Source: Calditrichia bacterium
Lineage (GTDB): Bacteria; Calditrichota; Calditrichia; RBG-13-44-9
Direction: 5' to 3'
Assembly (NCBI GenBank): GCA_037381445.1
Contig: JARRQT010000031.1
Span: forward strand, 1-40,547
Length of the DNA stretch: 40,547 nucleotides
Positions 10,194 to 20,726 of this stretch are shown here, piece after piece. A program made the position numbers and the translations under genes. Every line of letters begins with the position of its first letter. Within the stretch, counting starts at the first letter, position 1. Under the pieces are notes generated by a model, which worked only from the letters and a program-made list of their open reading frames with translations, searched no databases and had not been told where the DNA came from.

Positions 10194-12904
10194 TTTCCTG
10201 CTCCTGAAATTTTCCCCCGGGCCGGCAGATCGATCATCGCCATACCAGGCAAACCGACAGGCAATCCGGCGAGACCCTGCGGCATTTCATTCCGGTATTT
10301 TACCGGCAGACGGAGGACGTTTCCTGCCAGTTCAATTTCTGCCTCTTTTGCTTCCTCTATTTTCAACTGTGCCGCATCCCCGGGATTAAGGTCCACATAT
10401 GGCTGTGGGACGCGCTTTGAAACCGATTCCGACAGGACGCTCAGTTCCTCGGAACCAAAAATATGATGCACGGGAACAATCAGCCATTCGTCCTTTTGGG
10501 GATGAAACGCTTCGGGGATTTCGGTGAAGTAGGAGATCTTGCCGTTGCCGGACGGCTCGATTAAACGGCGGCCGGGATCTCCTCCCCGCAGCGGTCCGCC
10601 AACCTCAGTCTGATATTTATTTATAGATTGCGCCGAGTTCCATCCCGGAGACCAGAAAAAGGGAATCAGCGAAGACGGGGGCCTGCCAAAATATCCTTCC
10701 ATGGTGAATGAAAGAGCCGAATCGGAATCATCGGGTGGTTTGGGTACATTCACATCAATGTTGGCGGTCATAGCTGTCCGGCCGCTGTAGCGATGGGGCT
10801 GCCGGGGGATCTTCTCTCCCGCTATCCGGAAACCGGCTGGCGGAGCAGCATTCCGGATTTCCTTGAAGAATGGATATTCTTTAATGAGGGCTTCGCTGAA
10901 GTCATCCAGTCCATTCAAGCTTTTGGCATCAGCGTGCCCTTTTTCAGCCAGAATATCTCTCAGCCAGCGCCAGCTTTCCTGAATCACCTCGTCAGGCCTG
11001 AATGCCTGATAGAACCTTTGGGCGCGGCCTTCATTGTTCACGATCGTACCGTCAGCTTCCGCGAAGGTGCCCACCGGAATAACCACATGCGCCCGCTCGG
11101 TCGTCCGGTTTTCCAGATAATCCAGGACCGTGATTGTCTTGAACTTGTCGAAAAACTGATTGACGGCTTCCTCCGGGGCCCGCCGGTAGAGATCATTTTC
11201 CAGTACCATGAGCGCTTCTGTTTTACTCTGCTGCGCCCTTTCCAGCGCATTCTCCAGACTCTGGCCGCCCAGAAGGGCAGCGCCCATGCTGTTGCTCTCC
11301 TGAACTGCAAAAGAGAGCCGTGCCTGCTTGCCGCTATCGCACAATGCCCAGGCGATATTTGCCGCTGCCCGCATTACCGCTTCACTTCCGGAACCTGTGC
11401 CGGAAACGATGAGCGGATTTTCCGCGTTTTTCAGCGCTTCGGCGATTTCCTCAATTAATGATTTAAGCTCTTTGTCTGAATTTCCGGCAGCGGGGGCTTT
11501 TGAATTCAGGGAGTGGGCAATATCAAACCCCAGGCGGGCGATATCATCCGGCGCAGCTCGCCAGGTTTTCGTGGCGATCTCATCCAGTTTGGTTGCCTGG
11601 GAAGTCGCTACGTAAAACGGTCCCTTTTCATCCTGCAGCGCTTCACGCACGGCATGGTCGTTCCACTCCGGGATGTTCATTTTTTTGATTTTCTGTTTTG
11701 GTTTCTGACGGGCAGCCTGCCGCAAAGCCAACGCCAGCATGGGCGCAGTATTGGTCAGGTCTTCGCCCAGAACCAGCACGACATCCGCTTTTTCGGCCTC
11801 TTTCATCGATGGGGTCGGTGCCGGGCCGTCCTGCAGGATTTCGATTGCCAGGTTGATGAGCTTCAGCTCCCGGCCGGAGATTCCGATATAGTAATTATTT
11901 TCTCCTACCAGCTTTTTAAGCATGTAATTCGATTCCAGCGACGCCCGCGGAGAACCGATGCCGATCATCCTATCTTTGGAAAAGTTCTTATCGAGATGTT
12001 TCAAAATTGTTGATTTATCCACCGGTTCAAGTTTCCCGCTGGCATCGCCGCGGCGCAGAATCTGGCGAATCCGTTTCTGGCTGTTGACGAATCCGTAGCC
12101 GAACCGGCCCCGGTCGCAGATGAAATATCCGTTCACTTCTCCATTATACCGGCTGAGAATCCGGCGCAAACCGCCGTAACGCTCTCCGGCAATAATATTA
12201 CAGCCCAGGCCGCAATGATGGCAGATTGAGGGAGATGCGGTCAGATCCCATTTACGGTTATAATGCTCTTTCAGCGTTTTATCGGTAAACACCCCGGTGG
12301 GACAAACTTCCACCAGATTGCCGCTGAATTCATTTTCCAGCATTCCCTCTTCCTGCCGGCCGAAATACACATGGTTATGGGCGGCAAAAGCGTTCAAATC
12401 CCTTCCGTCTGCATATTCTCTGTAAAATCGCACGCAGCGGTAGCACTGGATGCAGCGGTTCATCTCATGATTGATGAAAGGTCCCAGATCCTGATTGCGG
12501 TAGGTCCGCTTGTTATAGCGGTGCCGACGGTAGGTATGTCCGGTCATCACCGTCATATCCTGCAAATGGCACTCCCCTCCTTCGTCACAGATGGGGCAGT
12601 CGTGGGGATGGTTGGTCATCAGCCATTCGATAACACTGGCCCTGAACTCCACTGCTTCTGGGTCAGTGATGGATATTCTGGTACCATCGCTGGCGGGCTC
12701 CATGCAGGCCATGAAAAGCTTGCCCTGTTTGTCATCCTCATCTTTGAATTTTTTGATCGCGCATTGACGGCAAGCGCCCACCGACCCCATGGCGGGGTGC
12801 CAGCAGAAATAGGGCAGATCATAGCCGAGTGAAAGGCAGACTTCCAGCAAATTTTTATTGGGATCGACTTCGTAAGCCTTACCGTCGATGTATATCTTGG
12901 CCAT
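10190..12904 (-). CDS. nuoG: NADH-quinone oxidoreductase subunit G (long E. coli-type form with N7 cluster motif)
   Basis: 904 aa with [36 protein letters not shown] and CHHCGLGC...C. Confidence 0.97.
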   Translation of the reverse strand: MAKIYIDGKAYEVDPNKNLLEVCLSLGYDLPYFCWHPAMGSVGACRQCAIKKFKDEDDKQGKLFMACMEPASDGTRISITDPEAVEFRASVIEWLMTNHPHDCPICDEGGECHLQDMTVMTGHTYRRHRYNKRTYRNQDLGPFINHEMNRCIQCYRCVRFYREYADGRDLNAFAAHNHVYFGRQEEGMLENEFSGNLVEVCPTGVFTDKTLKEHYNRKWDLTASPSICHHCGLGCNIIAGERYGGLRRILSRYNGEVNGYFICDRGRFGYGFVNSQKRIRQILRRGDASGKLEPVDKSTILKHLDKNFSKDRMIGIGSPRASLESNYMLKKLVGENNYYIGISGRELKLINLAIEILQDGPAPTPSMKEAEKADVVLVLGEDLTNTAPMLALALRQAARQKPKQKIKKMNIPEWNDHAVREALQDEKGPFYVATSQATKLDEIATKTWRAAPDDIARLGFDIAHSLNSKAPAAGNSDKELKSLIEEIAEALKNAENPLIVSGTGSGSEAVMRAAANIAWALCDSGKQARLSFAVQESNSMGAALLGGQSLENALERAQQSKTEALMVLENDLYRRAPEEAVNQFFDKFKTITVLDYLENRTTERAHVVIPVGTFAEADGTIVNNEGRAQRFYQAFRPDEVIQESWRWLRDILAEKGHADAKSLNGLDDFSEALIKEYPFFKEIRNAAPPAGFRIAGEKIPRQPHRYSGRTAMTANIDVNVPKPPDDSDSALSFTMEGYFGRPPSSLIPFFWSPGWNSAQSINKYQTEVGGPLRGGDPGRRLIEPSGNGKISYFTEIPEAFHPQKDEWLIVPVHHIFGSEELSVLSESVSKRVPQPYVDLNPGDAAQLKIEEAKEAEIELAGNVLRLPVKYRNEMPQGLAGLPVGLPGMAMIDLPARGKISGAGK

Positions 12905-14182
12905 TCACAACCTCCAGGGACATCGCTTTTCTTTGACGTGTCGTTCGAAATCTTCTTTGAAATACTTCAGGGCGCTTTGCAGCGGTTCCACCGCTCCCGG
13001 CGCCAGGGCGCAGAAGGTGTTCCCGGGTCCAAGGTATTTGGAATGCATGGAAAGCAGATCCAGATCTTCCGGCTGCCCGTCTCCGTCTTCAATGGACTGC
13101 AGGATTTTTTCAACCCAGGGCAGTCCTTCCCGGCAGGGTGTGCACCAGCCGCAGGACTCCTGCGCAAAAAAATGTTCCAGGTTTTTGACAAAAGCCACCG
13201 GGCAGGTCTTGTCATCCAGGATGATCATGGTGCCGGTCCCCATACGGCTGCCCACTTTGGAAACCTCGGTGTAATCCATCCTCACATCCAGATGCTCTTT
13301 GACCAGAAAATCCGTTGAAGCGCCGCCGGGAAGCAGTCCCCGAAATTTTACGCCGTCCTGCATTCCGCCAGCATGTTCTTCCAAAATTTCCCGGACTGTG
13401 GTTCCCATGGGCAATTCCCACAATCCCGGTTTTTTGACCCTGCCGCTTACGCCGTAAAGTTTTGTGCCTCCATCATCGGTATGACTCAAGTCCTTGAACC
13501 AGTCTGCGCCGTGGGTAATAATGCCCGGGACGGAGGAAAGTGTTTCAATATTGTTGACGATGGTTGGCTTTCCGAACAGGCCGCTGACCTGAGGGTAAGG
13601 GGGCTTGGCGCGGGGGGTGGCGCGTTTTCCCTCCAGGGCATTCAGCAGTCCGGTTTCTTCTCCGCACATATAGCGGCCCACGCTGGTGTGGATGTGCATT
13701 TCCAGATCGAATCCGCTGCCCAGAATATTCTTGCCCAGATAGCCGGCATCATAGGCTTCCCGGATGGCCTTCTCTACTGCCAGAGCCGATTGTTTATAGG
13801 CCCAACGAATAAAAATGTAAGCCACGTTGGCCTGGATGGCATAGGCGCTCACAATCATGCCTTCAATCAGCAGGTGCGGATCCCCTTCCAGGATGAGCCG
13901 ATCCTTGAAGGTACCGGGCTCCATTTCATCTCCGTTGGCGATCAGGTATTTTGGCTTTGGCGCATCATCGCCCATGGGAACAAAACTCCATTTCATGCCG
14001 GTGGAAAAACCAGCCCCGCCGCGGCCTTTCAGATTCGATTGTTTCACTTCCTCCTGCACATCCTTGGGAGACATCTCTTTCAGCGCCTTCCGCACGGCCG
14101 CGTAGCCGCCTGCCTTTTCATATTCATTCAGCGGCAGAGGGCCTTTACCCGGTTGAATGTTTTTGGTCAGTGGCTTTTCCAT
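12905..14182 (-). CDS. nuoF: NADH-quinone oxidoreductase subunit F (FMN/NADH binding)
   Basis: GRGGAGF, DEMEPGTFKDR, YMCGEETGL and ESCGWCTPCREG. The start is more likely the ATG at 14182 (MEKPLT) than the ORF-track TTG at 14233. Confidence 0.96.
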   Translation of the reverse strand: MEKPLTKNIQPGKGPLPLNEYEKAGGYAAVRKALKEMSPKDVQEEVKQSNLKGRGGAGFSTGMKWSFVPMGDDAPKPKYLIANGDEMEPGTFKDRLILEGDPHLLIEGMIVSAYAIQANVAYIFIRWAYKQSALAVEKAIREAYDAGYLGKNILGSGFDLEMHIHTSVGRYMCGEETGLLNALEGKRATPRAKPPYPQVSGLFGKPTIVNNIETLSSVPGIITHGADWFKDLSHTDDGGTKLYGVSGRVKKPGLWELPMGTTVREILEEHAGGMQDGVKFRGLLPGGASTDFLVKEHLDVRMDYTEVSKVGSRMGTGTMIILDDKTCPVAFVKNLEHFFAQESCGWCTPCREGLPWVEKILQSIEDGDGQPEDLDLLSMHSKYLGPGNTFCALAPGAVEPLQSALKYFKEDFERHVKEKRCPWRL

Positions 14183-14240
14183 ATGTAAGAAATCTTGCTC
14201 CTGGTAATTGTCCCTATTTAATTGAAACAACAAAATGTTT

Positions 14241-14705
14241 CTATTGATATTCTTCCAGTATCTTATCGAGTTTTTCGGGCGTCAGGTCCCGGTGCAAATC
14301 GTCGTCTATCATCAGGGCCGGCGCATGATCACAGGTCCCCAGGCAAGGGATGGGCAACAGCGTGAAACGGTCATCACTGGTTGTCTCGCCCAGTTTAATC
14401 CCCAGCTTTTCGTTGAGGTGGGAGAGCAGTTGTTCATACCCCAGTATCCAGCAGCTCACGCTATCGCAGATCAGAATGACATGCCGCCCTACCGGTTTTC
14501 TGAACACCAGGTTGTAAAAGGTGGCCACGCTGTCCAGTTCTTCAGCGGTCATGTCGAGATATATTGCCAGATCCTGCAGGCTTTCATCGGAAATCCAGCG
14601 GCGGTGTTTTTGCACAATTTTCAGCGCTTCAATACAGGCGGCCCGTTTGTGAGGATACAACTTAAGATGTTCATCAATTTCGCTGATTTCGTCCTTCGTG
14701 AGCAT
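14241..14705 (-). CDS. nuoE: NADH-quinone oxidoreductase subunit E ([2Fe-2S])
   Basis: VATFY, CDSVSC and CLGTCDHAP. Confidence 0.97.
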   Translation of the reverse strand: MLTKDEISEIDEHLKLYPHKRAACIEALKIVQKHRRWISDESLQDLAIYLDMTAEELDSVATFYNLVFRKPVGRHVILICDSVSCWILGYEQLLSHLNEKLGIKLGETTSDDRFTLLPIPCLGTCDHAPALMIDDDLHRDLTPEKLDKILEEYQ

Positions 14706-14732
14706 TCAGTACCCTGCCTGTTTTAGTTATTT

Positions 14733-16481
14733 TCAACGATCGACATCTGCCAAAACAAAATCTATGCTTCCCAGGATGGCCAGAAAATCCGGGATGGTGT
14801 GACCCCGGGATATAAACGGAATCATTTGAAGATGGGGAAAGGACGGTGTTCGAATCCGCGTCCGGTACGAGGTGGTGTTACCATCGCTGATCAGATAATA
14901 CCCGTTATTCCCTTTGGAGGCTTCAATGCCGAAAAAGGCTTCCCCGGCGGGAATTACCGGTCCCCAACTGACATTCAGAAAATGAGTAATAAGGGTTTCG
15001 ATATCCTTCATGGTGTGTTCTTTTAGAGGCGGTGTCGCCAGGTGATTGTCCGATTTATAGGGACCTTCCGGCATATTATTCAGACACTGCTCGATAATTC
15101 TCAGGCTCTGACGCATCTCTTCCACCCTCACCAGGGCACGGTCGTAGCAGTCCCCGTCCTTCCCAGTGGGAATATCGAATTCGAATTGATCGTAACCGGA
15201 GTAGGGACGCTTTTTCCGGAAATCCCATTCCAGGCCAGTGGCCCGCAGACCGGGACCTGTGACACCCCAGTCAATGGCTTCATCTGTGGTATAGGAGCCA
15301 ATACCCCTGGATCTTATTTTGATGAGTCGGTTTTTCATCACAAACTTGTCATATTCTCTTATTCTGGGCGGGAAATATTTGACAAAATCCCTCACCAGTT
15401 TATCCCAGCCTTTCGGCAAATCCTGTGCGACGCCCCCGATCCGGAACCAGTTGGGGTGCATGCGATCGCCGCAAATTGCCCCAATAATGTCGAAAATCTT
15501 TTCCCTGTCGTAGAACATATAGAAGACGCCCGACATTTGTCCGATGTCCTGCGCGAAGGTTCCATACCATACCAGGTGGCTGGAAATACGGAATAATTCG
15601 GCAAGCATTACGCGAATCACCTGCGCCCTTTCCGGGACCTTTATGCCGGCCAGTTTTTCCACCGCCAGCACATAGGCCAGGTTGTTCATCACACCGCCTA
15701 GGTAATCGATCCGGTCGGTATAGGGAATGAAGGTGTGCCAGGACTGCCGTTCCGCCATTTTCTCGGCACCCCGGTGATGGTAGCCGATATCCGGCACCGC
15801 ATCGATAATATCTTCGCCGTCCAGCTGCAGAATGACCCGCAATACGCCATGGGTGCCGGGGTGCTGCGGACCCACATTCAGAAACATAAAGTCCGAATCT
15901 TCACTATGTTTTTTCAGTCCCCATTCTTCGGGATGGAACTGGAGGGCCTCCTGCTCGCGTTCTTCTTTATCTTCGGGCAACCGGTATTCGCCCATTTCGG
16001 TGGCGCGCGCCGGATGATCCTTGCGAAGGGGGTGACCTTCCCACGTGGGAGGCATAATGATTCTCCGCAGAAAAGGATGCCCCTCGAATTTTATTCCGAA
16101 GAGGTCGAACGCCTCGCGCTCATACCAGTCTGCGGCGGGCCATACTTTTATTGAACTGGGAAGAGAAGGTTCGTTCCCCTCCAGGGCCACTTTCAGGCGA
16201 AGGTCGTCATTTCTTTCCGGAGAGAGCAGATGATAAACCACCGTAAAATCGCTCTTGGGTTGTCCCTCGCGCCTGTTCCGGGTCCGTTCATCAATAGCGG
16301 TAAGGTCGTACAGCATGCGGTAGGGTTTGGGAATTTCATTTTTCAGATAGCCCAGAACTTCCGTGATCTGATCTTTTGACACCCAGAGGGTGGGAAATTC
16401 ATCCCGGGTGGGTTGCTCAGTAAAAGAAGATTCGCTGAATTTTTTAGTCAACTGCTGCAGCACATCTGAATGATTATCCAT
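14733..16481 (-). CDS. nuoCD: NADH-quinone oxidoreductase fused subunit C/D
   Basis: 582 aa. The NuoC part ([23 protein letters not shown]) is fused to the NuoD part ([21 protein letters not shown]-terminal DVDR). Confidence 0.96.
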   Translation of the reverse strand: MDNHSDVLQQLTKKFSESSFTEQPTRDEFPTLWVSKDQITEVLGYLKNEIPKPYRMLYDLTAIDERTRNRREGQPKSDFTVVYHLLSPERNDDLRLKVALEGNEPSLPSSIKVWPAADWYEREAFDLFGIKFEGHPFLRRIIMPPTWEGHPLRKDHPARATEMGEYRLPEDKEEREQEALQFHPEEWGLKKHSEDSDFMFLNVGPQHPGTHGVLRVILQLDGEDIIDAVPDIGYHHRGAEKMAERQSWHTFIPYTDRIDYLGGVMNNLAYVLAVEKLAGIKVPERAQVIRVMLAELFRISSHLVWYGTFAQDIGQMSGVFYMFYDREKIFDIIGAICGDRMHPNWFRIGGVAQDLPKGWDKLVRDFVKYFPPRIREYDKFVMKNRLIKIRSRGIGSYTTDEAIDWGVTGPGLRATGLEWDFRKKRPYSGYDQFEFDIPTGKDGDCYDRALVRVEEMRQSLRIIEQCLNNMPEGPYKSDNHLATPPLKEHTMKDIETLITHFLNVSWGPVIPAGEAFFGIEASKGNNGYYLISDGNTTSYRTRIRTPSFPHLQMIPFISRGHTIPDFLAILGSIDFVLADVDR

Positions 16482-16578
16482 ATCAACCGCAATATTATAT
16501 TTTTATTATCGTTACCTGCTACCGACTTTTATCTCCAAACCCGCAGTCGGAAATGAAAACAGGGTTATCCTGCCAATT

Positions 16579-17217
16579 TCAAATTTCATCGGCCGGCTTA
16601 AATGTGGTCATTGCTTTTCTTGTTTCTTTTTTTCGCTCCTTTATGGAAGCCTTTTCAAATTTTTGGACACCCTGCGGTCCGACTACCCAGCTTAAGGGCC
16701 GTTTCTCTTTGCCGACGGCTTCACTGAGCAGGACCAGTCCTTCCATAAATGCATCCGGCCGCGGAGGGCAACCGGGGACGTATACATCCACCGGCATAAA
16801 TTTATCGACTCCCTGCACAACGCTGTAGATGTCGTACATACCGCCAGAATTGGCGCAGGAACCCATGGAAATCACCCAGCGGGGTTCCATCATCTGTTCG
16901 TAAAGGCGTTTCACGATTGGAGCCATTTTCATGAAAACCGTGCCCGCGATGATCATAACATCCGCTTCCCGGGGGGTGGCACGAATCACCTCGGCGCCGA
17001 ATCGGGCGATATCATATTTGCTGGTCAGGCTGGTAGCCATTTCCACATAACAGCAGGAAAGCCCAAAGTTGAAGGGCCACATGGAGTTTCTGCGCCCCCA
17101 GGCGATGAGGTCCTGCAATTTGCTGAAAAGAATTGATTTTTGAATTTCCTCTTCGAAAGAACCGCTTCCTCCACTCGCCTGCGAAGGATTACCCGGTTTG
17201 CTCAGCCGCCATTTCAT
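16579..17217 (-). CDS. nuoB: NADH-quinone oxidoreductase subunit B
   Basis: [18 protein letters not shown] and [13 protein letters not shown]. Confidence 0.97.
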   Translation of the reverse strand: MKWRLSKPGNPSQASGGSGSFEEEIQKSILFSKLQDLIAWGRRNSMWPFNFGLSCCYVEMATSLTSKYDIARFGAEVIRATPREADVMIIAGTVFMKMAPIVKRLYEQMMEPRWVISMGSCANSGGMYDIYSVVQGVDKFMPVDVYVPGCPPRPDAFMEGLVLLSEAVGKEKRPLSWVVGPQGVQKFEKASIKERKKETRKAMTTFKPADEI

Positions 17218-17558
17218 ATTTTTATCTTCGTTTTATTGAGTGTTTTGTACTTTTTCAAAATATCTTTTCCCTTTAGGGCATAATCCAGGGCACCGATGCT
17301 CCACTCATAAATCAGGACGATGACCAGTATGCCAATGAAAATCAGTGCTCCAAAGTAGCCAGTCCATCCCACTTCGTTTATCGAAACCGCCCAAGCTACA
17401 ATGAACACTGCTTCCAGATCGAAAATCACAAAAAACATGGCCACCACATAGAAGTGGACGGGGAAACGAAGACGCGCGCTTCCGGTGGTTATCATTCCCG
17501 ATTCATAGGGATCTCCAGTGGTCCTCTCCTTGTGCCGCTCTCCGAGTAAAGCTGAGGA
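17214..17558 (-). pseudogene. nuoA: NADH-quinone oxidoreductase subunit A, 5'-truncated or disrupted as assembled
   Basis: The frame reads *SSALLGERHKERTTGDPYESGMITTGSARLRFPVHFYVVAMFFVIFDLEA. An in-frame TAG lies just upstream of SSALLG, so TM1 and the start codon are missing. Confidence 0.85.
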
Positions 17559-18098
17559 CTAACGCAAATTTGATTAAGAAACAGGCACTCCAAAATACCT
17601 GCAAATGAATAGCAATAACGGATATAAACCAAAAATTAATGACTGTTCTGGTCAGTCTTTGCAATTCTGCCACACTGGTGAAAACAGTAATTAGACATTT
17701 CTTCGAATTTTAGGTTTTTAAGAAACAAGCCGAAATCCTTTGAGAAGTACACCAGAACAATAATTAAAACATTTTGATCTAACGCATTATATTATATTTA
17801 AAAACAAACAAGAAATAAATCAAGCAAAATGATTTGAAAGATTTTTATTCAGGTATTTTATACCCGATTTCACATGTGAATCATTGAGTAATACTCAGAG
17901 CTTTCCCGAGTTGTTCCGCAATCATCCTGCAAAAATCGGTCAATAGGAAAATCTCTTACACAGAATTGGAATGAATTTCCAGAATTTAGATTATAAGGAA
18001 CCATATTCCATTTGATAACAAGATGATGAGTAGGAATTGCTTTTTGTTGAAATTTTTGCAGAATTATACCCCGGCCCCTGCATGCTGTGAGTTTTTTG

Positions 18099-18127
18099 TT
18101 GAAGTGCGCGGGTTTTATCTCTATTTT
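18099..18127 (+). promoter_or_regulatory. Putative sigma70 promoter of the Cys-rich gene
   Basis: TTGAAG-17 nt-TATTTT, followed by AAGGAG at 18142-18147. Confidence 0.5.
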
Positions 18128-18153
18128 GGTGTTAAGGACGGAAGGAGAAGACC

Positions 18154-19065
18154 ATCAAAAATCCATATAAAAATACAGCTATTTTCCGATGTGTTCACGA
18201 AACCCACCGGGGATTCAAGAACAAAGTTTCAGTCTATCACATACTCAAAGAAAAGGCATGTTATCCGCAGGGCTGTCTATATTTCCGCTGGAGGTGCAAG
18301 GAACTGAATAAAAAGAATAAATGCCATCGCGGATTTCAATATGTGGGCAGGAAATGCTTTGAATGCAAAGAATTCTATGAGGAGAAAATCCATAATCATG
18401 CGGAGGTGCAGGTCAGCACCGATGAATATAAAGCATTTTTAAAGGAGCTGGAATTATTTGATGACTGGATGCTGGAGATGCGAAACCGCGAGATTGAAAT
18501 TGCCGGGACAATTGATGGGGTGAAGCCGCATTTTGTGAAAAAAGTTTATCCCAAAGCGAGCTTCCTGTCGTTTCGAGGCTACATCCTGACTTTTAGGGAG
18601 ATCTATATAGGACGAGTCCATCTCGAAGATTACGCATATGCCCGCATTTCCGATCAGCTATACCAGAAATTGCAGGTCGGCGCGGGAGATGAAATCGAAG
18701 CGCGGGCGCGCGTAAAGCTCGATCACGGAAGATTAATTCTGTATGCCCTGAAAGCCATAGAGCCCGTCAAAAGGGGAGAACCGGCGATTTGGAGCGACCA
18801 GAAAGTGCAGCTCGCACGTGAAGTCTCCACGGAATTCACTATCCAGCCGGAGGAGTGCGTGCAATGCCCCTTTGGAGCGCTGATTGATGTTGAATATATG
18901 AAGGATCATCATTCCTCCCCCCGCCGGCAGTTGATGTGTCTTAAAGGAATTCGTGATTATCGGGATTGTTACGTGAAAGCAGAATATTGTGGTCTGGAAA
19001 ACGATGCGGATTCGGGTCCGCAGGAAGCATGCGGGCAATCATACAAAGCATATTATCCGCGCTAA
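18154..19065 (+). CDS. Hypothetical Cys/His-rich (metal-binding) protein, about 303 aa, possible central OB-fold; apparent ATC start
   Basis: The 18343 ORF frame stays open upstream to a TAA at 18133. AAGGAG lies 6 nt before ATC (18154). The extension adds FRCVHETH..CYPQGC..WRC..KCHRG ahead of KCFECK. The C-terminus has CVQCP..C..C. Confidence 0.7.
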   Translation: MKNPYKNTAIFRCVHETHRGFKNKVSVYHILKEKACYPQGCLYFRWRCKELNKKNKCHRGFQYVGRKCFECKEFYEEKIHNHAEVQVSTDEYKAFLKELELFDDWMLEMRNREIEIAGTIDGVKPHFVKKVYPKASFLSFRGYILTFREIYIGRVHLEDYAYARISDQLYQKLQVGAGDEIEARARVKLDHGRLILYALKAIEPVKRGEPAIWSDQKVQLAREVSTEFTIQPEECVQCPFGALIDVEYMKDHHSSPRRQLMCLKGIRDYRDCYVKAEYCGLENDADSGPQEACGQSYKAYYPR

Positions 19066-19148
19066 GGGAAATCTTTGCGATGCCCTGTGCATACCTCTAA
19101 AATAGCACTTGCCACTTATTAAATACAGTATATGGGTGCAACTGGAGG

Positions 19149-20537
19149 CTAATTATTCAGATCGGAGTTCCAGTCCTGGGTGCGTTTTACCAGACGCTCC
19201 CAATCAGGCTGATTGATTTCCCGGCTGTAGGTACTGTGCACCAGTTCGTAATCGCCGAATCCTCTCAGATCCGCGAATACAAAGATAACGCCGCCTTCCA
19301 GTTTGTGGTATTCCCAGATTTCATATGGCTTGGAGTCCGTTGCCATATAATGGCGCTCAATATTATCCGGGCGGCCGTACTGCAATAAAACTCTTCCCCG
19401 CTCCGATTTCCATCCATTTTTCCGGCCGTGCCCAAAGTTCGCGTTGGCGTAATTCACCCTTTCAAAATAATCCTGCCTGAACTCGTTAATTTCGGTTGCG
19501 GGATTGGGATCAAATTTCCTCCAGAAATTTGCCAGAAAAATTCGCTTGCTGTTTGTATCGAGGGTGGAAAATAGTTTTCTTTCCCGGTCGGTGGATATAT
19601 AGCGGGCCTGCTCAAATTGGGCTTCCATTTCTTCATCGCTGAGACCGGCGTATTCGGCCATATCCGAACCACGGCTCTGAAAAGCAACCACTGTATCCTT
19701 TTGCGTGGTTTGATTCTCGTTCGGTTTCACCATCCAAAACTTTTTGGTTTCATGAACAATATTCCCGGTCTGTTCGTCCGTGATGTCCAGATTTAAAAGA
19801 TAGGCCGCTGAGGGAAGCGCGATGATATTATACCCTGCCTCATGCAAAGCCGATCTTCCCGGTTTCTGATCGGTATTTTCCGGATATTCCCGGATAAAAC
19901 ACCGAACAGTGTATTTGCCACTCTCTTCTTCGGAATAATTGAGATTATAGGTTTCAGCATAATAGTAGATTATCGGCAGCGCGACGCTGTAAGTGCAGGA
20001 GGGATTTGGCAGAACATGATATGTGTTTTTGTTGAATTCGTCCTTGGTTTTGCTTTTTGATATTTTGCTGGCAAATTGTATGTCGCTCAACTTCAGAGAA
20101 TCCATCCCGAAAGGGCGTGTTTGAAAATCGAATTCATATTCACCGGATTTGTTCGAATTCGCATCCCGGACCACAACCTTTGTTTTATATTGGCCCTGCG
20201 GCAGCTCGAAATAAAAAGTGTTGATGAACTGTCTTGTGGGGGATATCTGGCCCAGCGAGTCGACAGTGCTGCGGACAGTCTTTATGTTTTTGCTGACAAT
20301 TGAATCTCCCGTTTGCACTTGCACAAGCGCAATATAGTCAGCCTGGTACTTATTCTCTTTCTGCAAATAGCTCAGATTGTTCTGGTAGAAAGAAAGATAG
20401 ACTTCCAGATAATTCTTATTATCATTGCCCCGGTACATCGCATGATCTACGGTAAGGGGGATAAAAGGGGTTTGAGCGAAAAGCGAGCCGGAAAAGAGCA
20501 CAATCAGGGGCATGATTGATTTAAAAAGCCTTTTCAT
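19149..20537 (-). CDS. GWxTD-domain exported protein
   Basis: Signal peptide and Ig-like N-terminal region. The C-terminal part reads FLANFWRKFDPNPAT..NEF...RVNYANANF...GWKSERGRVLLQYGRPD..PYEIWEY..FVFAD. Confidence 0.85.
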   Translation of the reverse strand: MKRLFKSIMPLIVLFSGSLFAQTPFIPLTVDHAMYRGNDNKNYLEVYLSFYQNNLSYLQKENKYQADYIALVQVQTGDSIVSKNIKTVRSTVDSLGQISPTRQFINTFYFELPQGQYKTKVVVRDANSNKSGEYEFDFQTRPFGMDSLKLSDIQFASKISKSKTKDEFNKNTYHVLPNPSCTYSVALPIIYYYAETYNLNYSEEESGKYTVRCFIREYPENTDQKPGRSALHEAGYNIIALPSAAYLLNLDITDEQTGNIVHETKKFWMVKPNENQTTQKDTVVAFQSRGSDMAEYAGLSDEEMEAQFEQARYISTDRERKLFSTLDTNSKRIFLANFWRKFDPNPATEINEFRQDYFERVNYANANFGHGRKNGWKSERGRVLLQYGRPDNIERHYMATDSKPYEIWEYHKLEGGVIFVFADLRGFGDYELVHSTYSREINQPDWERLVKRTQDWNSDLNN

Positions 20538-20653
20538 TGCAAATCCTCTGCTTCTTGTATGATATAAAGTAACGACTTATTATAGCCCGGAATCAGGTTT
20601 TGTTCCAGGAAAAAAATATATGCCAGATAATATGAAGATTTTAAAAACCAGGG

Positions 20654-20685
20654 AAAATAAACAGGGGATGCCTTGGCATCCCCTG
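20654..20685 (-). terminator. Rho-independent terminator
   Basis: Perfect inverted repeat CAGGGGATGCC-AA-GGCATCCCCTG followed by TTTATTTT on the minus strand. Confidence 0.85.
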
Positions 20686-20720
20686 CGGAGTTGGGAGGGA
20701 GGTTTTGACCTTTACAGGTC
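20654..20720 (-). ncRNA. Candidate ~67-nt small RNA with a C-rich anti-SD-like segment
   Basis: Has its own promoter, a 5' GNRA hairpin (GACCT-GTAA-AGGTC), single-stranded AAAACCTCCCTCCCAACTCC, and a terminator hairpin with U-tract. Confidence 0.6.
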
Positions 20721-20726
20721 GAAAGT

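Noticed and set aside
14183..14233. 17-aa N-terminal extension of NuoF from a TTG start
   Set aside because: It does not resemble NuoF; the ATG at 14182 (MEKPLT) is the more plausible start.
2827..16828. Many short alternative-frame and antisense ORFs inside the nuo genes
   Set aside because: They overlap well-supported nuo CDSs entirely or almost entirely and have no independent evidence.
18023..18307. 94-aa plus-strand ORF
   Set aside because: It overlaps, in another frame, the promoter, RBS and motif-rich N-terminal extension of the Cys-rich gene.
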